Positions 39,308-49,569 are shown, counted from the first letter of the stretch. The stretch is 56,783 bases of DNA from an uncultured virus (IMG/VR IMGVR_UViG_3300031836_000398) (IMGVR_UViG_3300031836_000398), one strand, 5' to 3'. Numbers and translations are program-made. The notes: generated from the sequence alone by a model not told the origin.

Positions 39308-41074
39308 ATGTTCGACCAGAGTGATATGAATGAGAAGTACCCGATCCTTTCGGCGTACTCCGACCCGATCAAAGCGCCTGAGCGCGAGATCGTTGGTCGC
39401 GACCATGAGGTCAATCAGCTCATGGCGTCAATGTCACGTCCGGAGCTGTGTAACGCGCTCTTGTTGGGCCCCGCAGGTTCCGGAAAGTCGGCGTTGGTGC
39501 AGGCGACAATGCTCAGCGACTCCGGGCGGCTCTACATGGAAGTAGACCTGGCTCGGATGATCATAGGTTTGGCGAGTATCGAAGAACTCGCGGGAACGCT
39601 GAAGGCGTTCTTCGATGACGCCGAGAAGTTCGCCCGAGATGAGAAGCAGCAACTCGTGCTGTTCATGGACGAGTTCCACCAGATCGTGCAACTGTCTGTG
39701 GCTGCCGTGGAGGCTCTCAAGCCGATCCTGGCGGCATCCGGTGTGCGCGGTCTGCGCATCATCGCCGCTACGACGTACGACGAGTTCAAGGCGCACATTG
39801 CCGCGAACCTGCCGTTGGTCGAGCGCCTACAGCGCATCAACCTGACCCCAACGGACAAGAAGACGACGATCTCGATTCTGCGCGGCATGGCCGTGCGGTA
39901 CGGGGTGTCAGAGATGTTCTACGACGATCACCTGTTGGAACTGATCTACGACTACACCGAGCGCTTTGTCCCGGCGTCGTCACAGCCGCGAAAGTCGATC
40001 CTCGTGCTGGACTCGATGGTGGGTTGGCACCGCTTTACGAAGCGCGGCATGGATCGCGCGCTGTTGGCTGACGTGTTGTTGGAGTCGATCAACGTCAACG
40101 TGACGTTCCAGATGGACGCCGTCAAGATCAAAGAGCAACTCGATGCCAAGGTGTTCAGCCAGGATTACGCCACGGCAGCAGTAGCCCGACGGCTGCAGCT
40201 GTGTGTGGCTGACCTGCACGATAAGACGAAGCCACTGAGCTCCTTTCTCTTCACTGGCTCGACCGGTGTCGGAAAGTCTGAGCTCACCAAGCAGCTCTCG
40301 CTGCTGCTGTTCGGAGATGACCAGCGCAGACTGATCCGTTTCGATATGACGGAGTACGCAGCAGAATCATCCTTGGCTGCGTTCAAGTCTGAGTTGGCAG
40401 CCCAGGTGTGGCAGCTCGGTCACGCGGTGATTCTTTTTGACGAGGTCGAGAAGGCCGCGCCGACAGTGATTCGGCTCTTGCTTCAGGTGCTCGATGACGC
40501 CCGTTTGACGGACGACAACAATCGCGAGGTCTCGTTCCTGAACACGTACATCATTCTGACGACGAACGCCGGCTCGGAGATCTACTCAACGATTGCTCAG
40601 TACGAGGTCGACGACACCGGCTCGGGGGAGAAGCTCAAGGAGTACTCCAAGCAGATCCGAAACTCGATCACGAACACGCAGGGTGAGAATCGGTTCCCGC
40701 CAGAACTGCTGGGCCGTATCGACGCCATCGTGCCGTTCCAGCCGCTGTCGCTGGAAACCCAGCGCAAGATCGTGTTCTCCAAGCTGCACCAGATGACGAA
40801 GGAGGTGCTGACCAAGCACAACGTTCGCGTCCAGGTCGACGGCAAGGTGTTGCAGTATTTGATCGACGACAAGGGCGACACCGAGGCGGATGCCGGTGGT
40901 GCTCGTGCAGCGATCAGCAAGATGACCGAAGAAGTGGTCACTGAGGTTGCCGCATTCATCAACGCCCACCCGTTCGAGCGCACGATTCGTATTGACGTGG
41001 ATGGGGATCTGGTGAGTGAGCACAAACAGATGTTGAAGTCAGATGCGCATATCGTTGTGTCTGCATCACAATAA
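39308..41074 (+). CDS. ClpA/ClpB-like tandem AAA+ ATPase lacking N- and M-domains
   Basis: NBD1 GPAGSGKS / LFMDEFH / IAATT; NBD2 GSTGVGKS / RFDMTEY / LFDEVEKA / FPPELLGRID / GAR. Confidence 0.9.
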   Translation: MFDQSDMNEKYPILSAYSDPIKAPEREIVGRDHEVNQLMASMSRPELCNALLLGPAGSGKSALVQATMLSDSGRLYMEVDLARMIIGLASIEELAGTLKAFFDDAEKFARDEKQQLVLFMDEFHQIVQLSVAAVEALKPILAASGVRGLRIIAATTYDEFKAHIAANLPLVERLQRINLTPTDKKTTISILRGMAVRYGVSEMFYDDHLLELIYDYTERFVPASSQPRKSILVLDSMVGWHRFTKRGMDRALLADVLLESINVNVTFQMDAVKIKEQLDAKVFSQDYATAAVARRLQLCVADLHDKTKPLSSFLFTGSTGVGKSELTKQLSLLLFGDDQRRLIRFDMTEYAAESSLAAFKSELAAQVWQLGHAVILFDEVEKAAPTVIRLLLQVLDDARLTDDNNREVSFLNTYIILTTNAGSEIYSTIAQYEVDDTGSGEKLKEYSKQIRNSITNTQGENRFPPELLGRIDAIVPFQPLSLETQRKIVFSKLHQMTKEVLTKHNVRVQVDGKVLQYLIDDKGDTEADAGGARAAISKMTEEVVTEVAAFINAHPFERTIRIDVDGDLVSEHKQMLKSDAHIVVSASQ

Positions 41075-41081
41075 GGCATTA

Positions 41082-41097
41082 GACTGATAAACGAGGG
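41082..41097. promoter_or_regulatory. 16-bp box, degenerate (41184 gene)
   Basis: GACTGATAAACGAGGG. Confidence 0.55.
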
Positions 41098-41183
41098 AAA
41101 ACAGAGATTTAGAGCACACCTCCAAAGTTTGAATACACCGAATTAGCCCAGCAGGGCATAAGCGAGAAGATGGAAGGACGATC

Positions 41184-43481
41184 ATGGTTATGAAGTTAGG
41201 GAAGGGAGCCGCGAATTTGCTCGACAATAAAGCAAAGGATGGGTCTGAGCAAGGCGCTGATGGCGCCGCGCTGACGGCAACGCCCGTGGTCAAGAAGCGC
41301 AAGGCGGATGAACTGTTGTCCAGCGTGGTCGGGGAATCGACAGTTGGTTCAGCCATTGGGCTGATGCGCAAGAACGCTGCATTTATCCTGCCCGACGAAA
41401 AGTCCTGGGTAGTTCTTGGTCTCCAGGTCAGCGACATCGGCGGCCTGAGCATGAAGCAGAAGAATGACGAAGCCAAAGGCTCGTTGATTCAGCTCATCAC
41501 GGCAGACCAGATCACCACGGTGACCACTGCCGACATGCTTTCGGCTGAGGTGCTGGGCATTATTCCCAACGAGGAATCGCTGTCTCGGATGGACGAGTTC
41601 GGCCTTCTGCGTAACGCACCATATCTTTGGATCGTTGTGCGACAAAAGAGCGATGGTTCGCTGGACGCAGGCCCCGTTTCGGACGCCGGCCTTCGTGCGA
41701 GTTTCGAGGATGTCGTAGCTGTCTCATCGGGGGAGCTGAGCCTTGCGAGTCTTCTTCCTGATGTCTGGACTGCCGCAGGTGGTTCCGATGAAGATCTCAC
41801 CACGACGGCTGTTAGTGAAGTTTCCGCTGACGAGCCGGAGCCTGAAGCAGTGAGTTCGTCACGTTCTGACGAACCCCTGGCGGCTCCCGCTGACGGTTTC
41901 GTCGACGACGACAGCCCCTTTGGGGATGAGCCCGTCGATTACGACGCCTTGGATTCCGCTGATGACGAGCTGCCAATCGAAGATGCTCTGGCTGACGAAG
42001 CCGAAGATGCAGACGACGCTGAAGACGAAGACGAAGCTGATGCGAATGATGACGACGACGCTGACTTCGGTGATCCCGAACCTGCCGCGGAGTCTGAAAC
42101 CGTTGAAGAGGCCGTGGCGAGCGCTCCTGCGACGCCGGTCGATGACCGTATCGTCAATGAGGCCGAGGTTCAGGATTCGATTGCCCGTCGCTTCTTGACG
42201 AGTGATCTTGATCTCGAAGTAGACCTGGGACAGTTCGAGTCGAACTTCATTGTTCGCACGAACCCGATCGCCTTCGATTTCGGTGTCACTCTGACTGAGA
42301 CGGGAACTGATTCGGACTGGCTTAGCCAGCAGGTGAAGCAGTTGTCGTTGCAGGCGAACGTGCAGCTGGAGCAACTGCACGATAACCACAAGGCATCATT
42401 GCGTGAGTACTACGTGTCATTGATGTCGGCACACATCGAGCAGGTTATTACCGATGTGTCTCTCGATAACGAAGGCTCCTACTACTACCGCTTGTCTAGG
42501 GCGGCGAAGGCCGACTTCACGCAGCGTCAACGACAGAGCCCCGAAGAGGTCTCCGCACTGCGCCGAGAGCTCAACGAGCGCTATGACGGCGAAGCCGATG
42601 CTCGTGCTGCCCAGGCTGCAGAGGCAGCCCGGTTGCGCTACAAGGAGCAGAATCGTGCGCGACACGAACGTGACCTCGCGGAGATCGCTCTTGAGAACGA
42701 ACGTGCTTCTGAGTCGATGTTTGCCGGCGCACGTCAGGTCATCCTGGAAACCCGTCGCAAGGATGCCCTGAGTCGGATCGACCTGGGCGCCACGAAGATC
42801 TTCGATGTTCTGGTGGAGCGTCAGGTTGAGAACCGCGCAGCCGAAGAGACGATGCTCAAGGAGTGGAGCGATCGGATGGCTCTGCTCATCGACGAGAACC
42901 GCAAGAGTGACCTTGCGCGAAGTGAAGCTTTGGCTGAACAGCTTTCGCGCATCAATCAAGTCGAGGAACTCAAGGCGGAACACTCGGCGCGGGTAGCCGA
43001 GTTGCGTCAAGAGCAGGTTGCTCGGGTTTCCGATATGTCGGCAGACCTCGAGCGTGCTCGTGAAGAGGCGTTTGCGGAGCTGACTACTCAAAGCACCGCG
43101 TGGAACAACTCGCTTGCCGAAGAACGTCAGAAGACGGACGCCGCCCAGGGTCAAATCAAGACTCTGCTGGCTGAGTTCGATCAACTGGGCCCGACGTTGG
43201 AGAGCCACTACAAGAACCAGATCGAATCGGCGCGTGTAGAGGCTGATTCGTACTCGCTGGCTCTTGAGCGTTCAGGGAAGGTGCAGTCGCGTGCGAACAA
43301 GACGATGGTCGGTTTGATCGTTGTTCTGGCACTGGCATCCCTGGCTGTGGGCTTCATCGCTGGCTTCATCGTTGTTGGGCAGTTCGGTGTCACCCTCGGC
43401 GATGTGTTCGCGCCAGGCGTCTCCGAGCAGACCAGCGAGAGCACCCCGCTTGGTGATGTTGCGGAGCTGCCGGGGCAGTAA
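41184..43481 (+). CDS. Coiled-coil protein with acidic linker and C-terminal TM
   Basis: Asp/Glu-rich tract, long heptad region, hydrophobic helix near the C-terminus. Confidence 0.7.
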   Translation: MVMKLGKGAANLLDNKAKDGSEQGADGAALTATPVVKKRKADELLSSVVGESTVGSAIGLMRKNAAFILPDEKSWVVLGLQVSDIGGLSMKQKNDEAKGSLIQLITADQITTVTTADMLSAEVLGIIPNEESLSRMDEFGLLRNAPYLWIVVRQKSDGSLDAGPVSDAGLRASFEDVVAVSSGELSLASLLPDVWTAAGGSDEDLTTTAVSEVSADEPEPEAVSSSRSDEPLAAPADGFVDDDSPFGDEPVDYDALDSADDELPIEDALADEAEDADDAEDEDEADANDDDDADFGDPEPAAESETVEEAVASAPATPVDDRIVNEAEVQDSIARRFLTSDLDLEVDLGQFESNFIVRTNPIAFDFGVTLTETGTDSDWLSQQVKQLSLQANVQLEQLHDNHKASLREYYVSLMSAHIEQVITDVSLDNEGSYYYRLSRAAKADFTQRQRQSPEEVSALRRELNERYDGEADARAAQAAEAARLRYKEQNRARHERDLAEIALENERASESMFAGARQVILETRRKDALSRIDLGATKIFDVLVERQVENRAAEETMLKEWSDRMALLIDENRKSDLARSEALAEQLSRINQVEELKAEHSARVAELRQEQVARVSDMSADLERAREEAFAELTTQSTAWNNSLAEERQKTDAAQGQIKTLLAEFDQLGPTLESHYKNQIESARVEADSYSLALERSGKVQSRANKTMVGLIVVLALASLAVGFIAGFIVVGQFGVTLGDVFAPGVSEQTSESTPLGDVAELPGQ

Positions 43482-43503
43482 TAGCTCGGAACAAAACAAC
43501 TGG

Positions 43504-43550
43504 CGAAGGGTGTCAGGTTTCTACCAAGAAGCCTGACACCCTTCGTTTTT
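43504..43550 (+). terminator. Intrinsic terminator
   Basis: CGAAGGGTGTCAGG...CCTGACACCCTTCG followed by TTTTT. Confidence 0.8.
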
Positions 43551-43574
43551 GCATGTAAGCTGAATGAAATAATT

Positions 43575-43590
43575 CACTGATAAACGAGCA
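43575..43590. promoter_or_regulatory. 16-bp palindromic box (virD4-N)
   Basis: CACTGATAAACGAGCA. Confidence 0.7.
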
Positions 43591-43610
43591 AATAACGCAG
43601 GAGAGCACCG

Positions 43611-46600
43611 ATGACGAATAGCAACGGTCAGGGCCCCAAGCCCAAGACCAGCAACTGGGACAAGATTTCCTCGCGCGATCACAGCGAGACTCTTGCCAAC
43701 CGCGATGTCTATGAGGATCAACAGCTCGACCGATCTCGCATCCAGGGCTTGCAGTCAAAGGTCAGCCGCATCTGGCTAGCCGCTATCGCGGGCTCCCTGG
43801 TGTCTGGGCTGGCATGGTTTGCCTTCTCCCTTGTGGCGTTGGTGTTTGTCTGGGCTGGCCCGGCGCTGAACGGTCTGGGATCGACCGGCGGCGACGACGC
43901 TGTGGCGATACCGGACTATTACGAATCGGTGATCTTGACCCCGGGTGAAGCTCAGATGTTGGGGGTGGCGAATCCCGAAGGTGGCGTGATGAGCTGCTAC
44001 CTCGCGACAGACGCTTCCGGACAGACGGTGGGAACGACCTGCTACGAAGAGGTCGAGGACGTTCCTGTTCCCCAGTGGTACATCGACCTGCAAGCAGCCG
44101 CGGGAGTGGATGTAACGCAGGAGAGCGCTCCGGTCGAAGAGGTCGCGTTTAGCGGTCTGCTCACGGAGCAGATGCTCACCTTCTCGCTCTGGAAGTTGCT
44201 ATTCGCGCTCGTGGCTGGAATGCTGACATACGGGATGCTCTACCCGTTCCTCATGCGCAACCTCGAAGCTCAGAACCTGATGAACGACACCACGGACATC
44301 AACCAGTACAACAACGACCAGCACATCGCTTTGCCTGAAGAGATTCAGCGTAAGTTCGACTGGTTCCCCGATGTTGGCGCGCATAGCTCGGTGCAGCTGA
44401 GTTCGATGATCAGTCACATGATGATCACAAACAAGGGACTCAAGACGATTCCCGTCTCGCAGCGCGCGGCGAAAGACGTGCTCGACGAAGACGGTGAGAT
44501 CGAGTACCTCAAGGGTGAGATTCTCCACGACGCGGCCGGTGAGCCGATCGTGAAGCCAATGGCCATGATTGACGAGAAGTTCGGTCACGCTCTCTTCGAG
44601 GCGTCCGGGCTTCCTGAGCCGTTGCGTAAGTTCTACGACGTCAACAAGATCCCGTACAATCCGGGCAACGAGAGCATGGACAAGCTCAAGGGCTACGACA
44701 CTGTCGGAGACCTCATCAACGAGGATTGGACGTTCCCTGACTACGAGGTTCAGCGACCAGGCGGCGCGTACATCGTTGACACCGCACCGGTGAACACGAT
44801 GGTGCTGGCGATGACCCGAGCCGGTAAGGGCCAGACGTACATTGAGCCTGTCATCGACATGTGGATGCGCGAGAAGCGCCCCAACAACATGGTCATCAAC
44901 GACCCAAAGGGCGAGCTGCTCGTCAAGAACTACGTTCGAGCAAGCCTGCGCGGTTTTCAGGTTGTTCAGTTCAACCTGATCAACGCGATGAAGACAGACA
45001 TTTACAACCCGTTGGGAATGGCTGCTGACGCTGCTCGTGAGGGTGACGCCACCAAGTGCGCCATCTATGTCGAGAACATCGCTGACGTGTTCTTCCCGAC
45101 CGATGGTGGAGAAGATCCTGTCTGGCCGAACGCAGCAAACAACGCGTTCAAGCGTGCTGCTTACGGTCTGATTGATTTCTACCTAGAAGAAGAACGCGAG
45201 CTTCGTTCTCGTGCTGCTCGGATCAACATGGATCCTCAGCAGCTCGAGGTTGAGCTGGACACAATGTGGGGCAAGGTCACGCTGTACAACTGCTACCAGC
45301 TGTTCGTGCAGCTCACGTCCAAGAAGATGAAGAACCCGGAGAAAGAGCTTGAGGCGCGCTTCAAGGCCGGAGTCTTCGAGAACATGGAGAACGGTCAAGA
45401 GGTTTACAACGCCGAGTACGAAGTTGCGGCACGCAAGGCGATCCTTTGGGAAGACCAGGCTGACCGCGACATGCTCACGCTCTACTTCAACGCCACCGAG
45501 GTGTTGCCGCAGAACACGATGCGTACGTTGATTGGCAACGCCAACAACGCGCTGAAGGCAATGGCCGGCGCCGAAAAGATGCTCGCTTCCGTATACGGAA
45601 TTGCGATCACAGCGATGAGCTTCTTCACCGACCCGACGATCTCGACGTTGACCTCTGGCGCTCCGAGCCAGAACACCGACCTTGGTGGTTTGAGCTTCCC
45701 GCGACGCATGGGTGTGCGCTTTGGTATGAACTACCTCAAGCGCGACAACCTCATTGGTGCTCAGGTCAAGTGGGATGCGTTCGACGACGAGCTGTTCACG
45801 CAGCCTCTCGGTGACGAGTTCGGCCACGAAGACATTGTGTCTCGTGAAGGCTGGGCTCGGTACTACTTCGAGGGCAAGTTCCCGACCGACAACGGCTACC
45901 TACGCCTTCGCTTGGTGAACCCTCAGACGCAGATGCTGATTCGCACGATGTACTTCCATTTCAAGAAGGATTACCAGACTTCGCTCAATGGACGTCGCTA
46001 CATCACTGACCCAGTAACGGGCCGGAAGATCGTCAAGAACGGCATCCTCCGTGAGCTGATTCCAGAGTTCGGTGTGGGCGACGAAGCCAACCAGATCGTG
46101 CGGATTGAGCGGGGTCACACTATGTACCCCCAGACACGACTCGATTTGTCCTTGCACACGCCAGAGATGGTGATGGACAAGGCGCAGGCGATCGTTTCAA
46201 CGATGGTGCGTTATTCAGAGTCACCCAAGATGGTGTTCCTGGTGACGCCGCCTCACCTGATGAAGTACGCGAAGCTGATCCTGATTTTGGTGAAGCAGCT
46301 TGTCGACTTGAACTTCGACAAGTCGTACATGACCAAGAGCAACCAGAAGCCGCTCTACAAGACGCGCTTCATGCTCGATGAGCTCGGTAACTTGCAGTCC
46401 GAGGGTCACGGTATCTCCGGATTCGAGACGATGCTCTCTATCGGTCTCGGGCAAGAGCAGCAGTTCACGTTGATCTTGCAGACGCTGCAGCAGCTGCGAG
46501 ACGTCTATGGGGAATCGGTGGACAAGATCGTGCAGGGCAACGCGCAGCCGCTCGACGCCAAGATCGCGACGCCTACTGGTTGGAAGCCGATGGGCGAGAT

Positions 46601-46775
46601 AGTCACCGGCGATGAAGTGCTCACGCCGGCTGGTGGAACCACAGAGGTCACGGGTGTCTTTCCTCGAGGAAAGCGTCCGGTGTACCGAGTCACGCGACGT
46701 GATGGCTCGACCACGGAGGTCTGCAACGAGCACCTCTGGGAAGTAGTAGTGAAGCCGAAGGGCAGCCGTCGATGA
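43611..46775 (+). CDS. virD4: VirD4/TraG coupling protein N-extein (aa 1-977) fused to split-intein N-fragment
   Basis: Two TM segments; Walker A-like AMTRAGKGQT; NDPKGEL; Walker B FMLDELGNL; ILQTLQQLRDVYG; ends with AQPLDAKIATPTGW...CNEHLWEV. Confidence 0.9.
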   Translation: MTNSNGQGPKPKTSNWDKISSRDHSETLANRDVYEDQQLDRSRIQGLQSKVSRIWLAAIAGSLVSGLAWFAFSLVALVFVWAGPALNGLGSTGGDDAVAIPDYYESVILTPGEAQMLGVANPEGGVMSCYLATDASGQTVGTTCYEEVEDVPVPQWYIDLQAAAGVDVTQESAPVEEVAFSGLLTEQMLTFSLWKLLFALVAGMLTYGMLYPFLMRNLEAQNLMNDTTDINQYNNDQHIALPEEIQRKFDWFPDVGAHSSVQLSSMISHMMITNKGLKTIPVSQRAAKDVLDEDGEIEYLKGEILHDAAGEPIVKPMAMIDEKFGHALFEASGLPEPLRKFYDVNKIPYNPGNESMDKLKGYDTVGDLINEDWTFPDYEVQRPGGAYIVDTAPVNTMVLAMTRAGKGQTYIEPVIDMWMREKRPNNMVINDPKGELLVKNYVRASLRGFQVVQFNLINAMKTDIYNPLGMAADAAREGDATKCAIYVENIADVFFPTDGGEDPVWPNAANNAFKRAAYGLIDFYLEEERELRSRAARINMDPQQLEVELDTMWGKVTLYNCYQLFVQLTSKKMKNPEKELEARFKAGVFENMENGQEVYNAEYEVAARKAILWEDQADRDMLTLYFNATEVLPQNTMRTLIGNANNALKAMAGAEKMLASVYGIAITAMSFFTDPTISTLTSGAPSQNTDLGGLSFPRRMGVRFGMNYLKRDNLIGAQVKWDAFDDELFTQPLGDEFGHEDIVSREGWARYYFEGKFPTDNGYLRLRLVNPQTQMLIRTMYFHFKKDYQTSLNGRRYITDPVTGRKIVKNGILRELIPEFGVGDEANQIVRIERGHTMYPQTRLDLSLHTPEMVMDKAQAIVSTMVRYSESPKMVFLVTPPHLMKYAKLILILVKQLVDLNFDKSYMTKSNQKPLYKTRFMLDELGNLQSEGHGISGFETMLSIGLGQEQQFTLILQTLQQLRDVYGESVDKIVQGNAQPLDAKIATPTGWKPMGEIVTGDEVLTPAGGTTEVTGVFPRGKRPVYRVTRRDGSTTEVCNEHLWEVVVKPKGSRR
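46542..46772 (+). other. Split intein N-fragment (77 aa, Ala1, blocks A and B)
   Basis: AQPLDAKIATPTGWKPMGEIVTGDEVL...VYRV...DG...CNEHLW is a Hint-domain N-terminus. Confidence 0.9.
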
Positions 46776-47182
46776 GCCCCACCGTTCCCTCCGATCAGCG
46801 CTCGATGCCGAGCGTGGATCTTATCGTCGCCCACTGGAAGTCTGTCGGGGTTGACTGGGTGCAGCATCACGGCTGGGGTGAGCCATTCTGCTTTGGTTGC
46901 GGTTGGTTGCCCCCGGTCACGGATCGCCGGGCGATGAGTTGGCGCTGGGCCGGGCCCTGGCTCGATCGAGCGCACCTACAAGACCATTGGGTCGAAGGGG
47001 ATGATTCGGTTGAAAACTTGGTGATGCTGTGCCATTTATGCCACGCACAGATGCCGCAGGACTTCGAGGATCGCGCGGAGGCGTTGCTCTGGGTTCAACA
47101 GGTCGAGCGGTGCTCGGGGTGGTGGCAGTTGTACACCGACTTGATCTGCGAGGCGAGAGGTATGAGGGGCTCCGAGCAGTAG
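46772..47182 (+). CDS. HNH endonuclease-like protein
   Basis: CFGC...LDRAHL...NLVMLCHLCH; ATGA overlap with the virD4-N stop. Confidence 0.8.
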   Translation: MSPTVPSDQRSMPSVDLIVAHWKSVGVDWVQHHGWGEPFCFGCGWLPPVTDRRAMSWRWAGPWLDRAHLQDHWVEGDDSVENLVMLCHLCHAQMPQDFEDRAEALLWVQQVERCSGWWQLYTDLICEARGMRGSEQ

Positions 47183-47287
47183 GCACACTCTGCTCAAGCT
47201 GAAAAATGCGTACTTACTCTTGGAAATTGAGTCCTTACAGCAAGCAGCTGCGCAAGTGACCAAACCAGTAGTTAGGGGGTGAACATT

Positions 47288-47419
47288 ATGGATATTGAGA
47301 TGGCTGATTCTTCAGGACAGCTCTACGACAATTCGAGGCGGGGTTTGTGTAGAGTGCATGGAATTCCGCTGGACGACGGTTTCTGTGACGCCTGTCATAT
47401 CGAGAACAACGACGATTGA
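47288..47419 (+). CDS. 43-aa zinc-finger microprotein (absent from the ORF track)
   Basis: GGGGGTG RBS; MDIEMADSSGQLYDNSRRGLCRVHGIPLDDGFCDACHIENNDD (C-x2-H-x8-C-x2-C); ends just before a terminator. Confidence 0.5.
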   Translation: MDIEMADSSGQLYDNSRRGLCRVHGIPLDDGFCDACHIENNDD

Positions 47420-47422
47420 AGT

Positions 47423-47460
47423 AAAAGAAGCCCCTGCGCATGATGCGCAGGGGCTTCTTT
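47423..47460. terminator. Bidirectional intrinsic terminator inside the split virD4 locus
   Basis: AAAGAAGCCCCTGCGCAT-G-ATGCGCAGGGGCTTCTTT. Confidence 0.85.
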
Positions 47461-47465
47461 GTCGC

Positions 47466-49445
47466 TTACACAGGCTTCACCCAGCGCGTCTTCCCAGAGT
47501 CCCAGATTCGGTAGAGCTTGTTGGCGGCGGCCGCTTCGCGTTCGGTCCAACCTTCTTGGTAGACCAGAGCATCGTCGGTGCGAAATCGCTTCAGCTGGAA
47601 GGCTTCCTTGGGCTGGCGATTGCCACGCAGGGCACCACCTGCATACCAGTACGACGGACGGATCGTTCCTGCTGAGGTGAAGCCAGAAGCAGCGTAGAGC
47701 TGCCCGTCCGACCATTCATCGGCAGACAATGTCACCCAACTTTCAAGGGCTTCACCTTGACTTATGAGGGTGCGTTCGGCGTAGGCCAGCAGCCGCGAAA
47801 AGCCTCCCGGGACCAGACCGCGCGTTGCGTAGCGTTGGATCTCCCACTGACCGGCGGACCGGCGAGCTCGAGCGTTGTGGCGAGGGCTGCGTAGACCGAG
47901 GACGGCACGAGGGAGGCCCTGTTGATCTACCAGAGCGAACGACTGCGAAAGCGTCACTTCGCCCTGAACATGGTTATGGCGGAAGAACTCGGCTGAGTCT
48001 GGACCGGAGAGCTCCACCAATGTGAGTGAGCGTGCGCCAACACGTTGAACCAACGTCGGATCAGAGTCAACTTTGAGACCCGCGGCGATCAGAGCTGCGT
48101 GCAGGTTCTCGGGTCGCTTGAGCTTGTGTGCAAAGGTTCGCACGAGAACGGCGCGCTTTATTGGGTCAGCCCAGTCGTCTTCCCACGCGGTGATAAGCGA
48201 GAGACCGGCCTCATGAACGGCTCTTAGCTTGGCGACGTGGCTCTTCTGGTCACGACCACCAGCTTCAGAGTGCCAGAAAACGCCGTTGAACTCGAAGCCG
48301 ATTGTCCCAGCGATGACGTCGACTTCGACGCGCTTACCCTGTGCGTCGGTGATCTTGGCTCGGTGTTGAGCCCGCGGTTCGAGAGCCAGCAGCGCCGCGA
48401 GCATTTCTTGCTCGCCGTAGGACGAACCGACGGGGCAGCACGTAGGGCACCCATTGCCAGCAACTCGGGCATACACTGCCGCGGGCCAAGTGTGGTTGTC
48501 TTTGCAGCGCCATTCAGTAACGACCATAGAGCCATGGCTGAGGGTGGTTGCCAACGAAGGGTCAGCCAGCTCGGCCGAGAGGTCGGGGTGGGTGGTAGCG
48601 AGATCGTTGACGCCGACAAGGATCTGAACGCCGGCGTGTACGGGGCAGCTCTGACCGCGAAGTTTGTGGCGAACGCTCATCGCGTACGTGTGAGCGCTGG
48701 AGCACTTGTCGCAACGCCATTCAACGACACGACCGGAGCCGAGGCTCAGCGTCGCTGCGTGATCGCGATCCACTGCCTCATCCAGCACAGGAGAGTTGAT
48801 GTCGCCGAGCGTTTGGTGCCGCCGCGCTGGCCGGTCTGTGCGACCGATGCAGTGAGGGCAACCAGTGATCTTGGAGCTACCAAATCCTGATCGGTTGCGC
48901 ACGGGAGCCGTCCAGGTGTGAGTGGGCTCAACCGAGCATCGCCAGTGAAGTTTCTTCCCTGAACCCGCACCTAGACCCTTGGCCTCGTCGGGGTCGATTA
49001 GCTCGAGTACAAGATTCGGGTGCGTGGTCGCAAGATCGCTGATACCGCTAACCGACATTCGACCGGAGCAGTATGGGCAACCAGATCCGAGTCGCACCCT
49101 GGATACAACGGATGCCTCCCAACGATGCGACTGCGTTGTGGTGCAGACCCAAAGGAACTTCTTGTGTGACCCGCCGTGAGTTATCAGAGCGTCAGCGTGG
49201 TCAACAAGCTGGGTGGCGAGATCTGGCTCGGTCGTTGCGAGGTCGTTGATGCCCGGAATGATTATCTTGTTTGTGCAGACGGAACACCCCGAACCCCGCT
49301 TTCGCGTATTTGGGCTAGATGTCCAGATGTGGCGCGAATCCTTGACGCAGCGCCATTGAACGCGGGTGTTTGATCCAGCAGACAATGTTGCGTTGGTCGG
49401 GTCGACCAGCTGGGCCGCAAGTTTGGGTGTCGTCATCTTTTGCAT
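47466..49445 (-). CDS. Free-standing homing-endonuclease-like protein (zinc-ribbon repeats, Vsr-like nuclease, GNAT/Mom-like C-terminal domain)
   Basis: Five W-x-C...H...C-x-x-[CH] repeats (DUF4379-like); EVD...FEFNGVFWHS...WEDDW; WEIQRY...GGFSRLL...GQLYAASGF...RIWDSG. Confidence 0.8.
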   Translation of the reverse strand: MQKMTTPKLAAQLVDPTNATLSAGSNTRVQWRCVKDSRHIWTSSPNTRKRGSGCSVCTNKIIIPGINDLATTEPDLATQLVDHADALITHGGSHKKFLWVCTTTQSHRWEASVVSRVRLGSGCPYCSGRMSVSGISDLATTHPNLVLELIDPDEAKGLGAGSGKKLHWRCSVEPTHTWTAPVRNRSGFGSSKITGCPHCIGRTDRPARRHQTLGDINSPVLDEAVDRDHAATLSLGSGRVVEWRCDKCSSAHTYAMSVRHKLRGQSCPVHAGVQILVGVNDLATTHPDLSAELADPSLATTLSHGSMVVTEWRCKDNHTWPAAVYARVAGNGCPTCCPVGSSYGEQEMLAALLALEPRAQHRAKITDAQGKRVEVDVIAGTIGFEFNGVFWHSEAGGRDQKSHVAKLRAVHEAGLSLITAWEDDWADPIKRAVLVRTFAHKLKRPENLHAALIAAGLKVDSDPTLVQRVGARSLTLVELSGPDSAEFFRHNHVQGEVTLSQSFALVDQQGLPRAVLGLRSPRHNARARRSAGQWEIQRYATRGLVPGGFSRLLAYAERTLISQGEALESWVTLSADEWSDGQLYAASGFTSAGTIRPSYWYAGGALRGNRQPKEAFQLKRFRTDDALVYQEGWTEREAAAANKLYRIWDSGKTRWVKPV

Positions 49446-49499
49446 AACACTAGTTTACACTGATATTACATCCCGTATCAAGCTCATTTGGTGGTTATT

Positions 49500-49515
49500 T
49501 GCTGATAAAGGAGGA
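49500..49515. promoter_or_regulatory. 16-bp box (virD4-C / divergent endonuclease gene)
   Basis: TGCTGATAAAGGAGGA. Confidence 0.55.
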
Positions 49516-49569
49516 TAAACGTATAGACTGGTGGTTGGATAAACAATCGAGAGAGAAGAGATATTGCAT

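Noticed and set aside
47160..47282. Frameshifted C-terminal extension of the HNH ORF (PSSRHTLLKLKNAYLLLE...)
   Set aside because: An open alternative frame exists, but without homologues it cannot be told from chance.
46776..49569. IS element or invertible/excisable DNA segment interrupting virD4
   Set aside because: I saw no transposase, terminal inverted repeats or nucleotide-level direct repeats; the intein halves explain reconstitution at the protein level.
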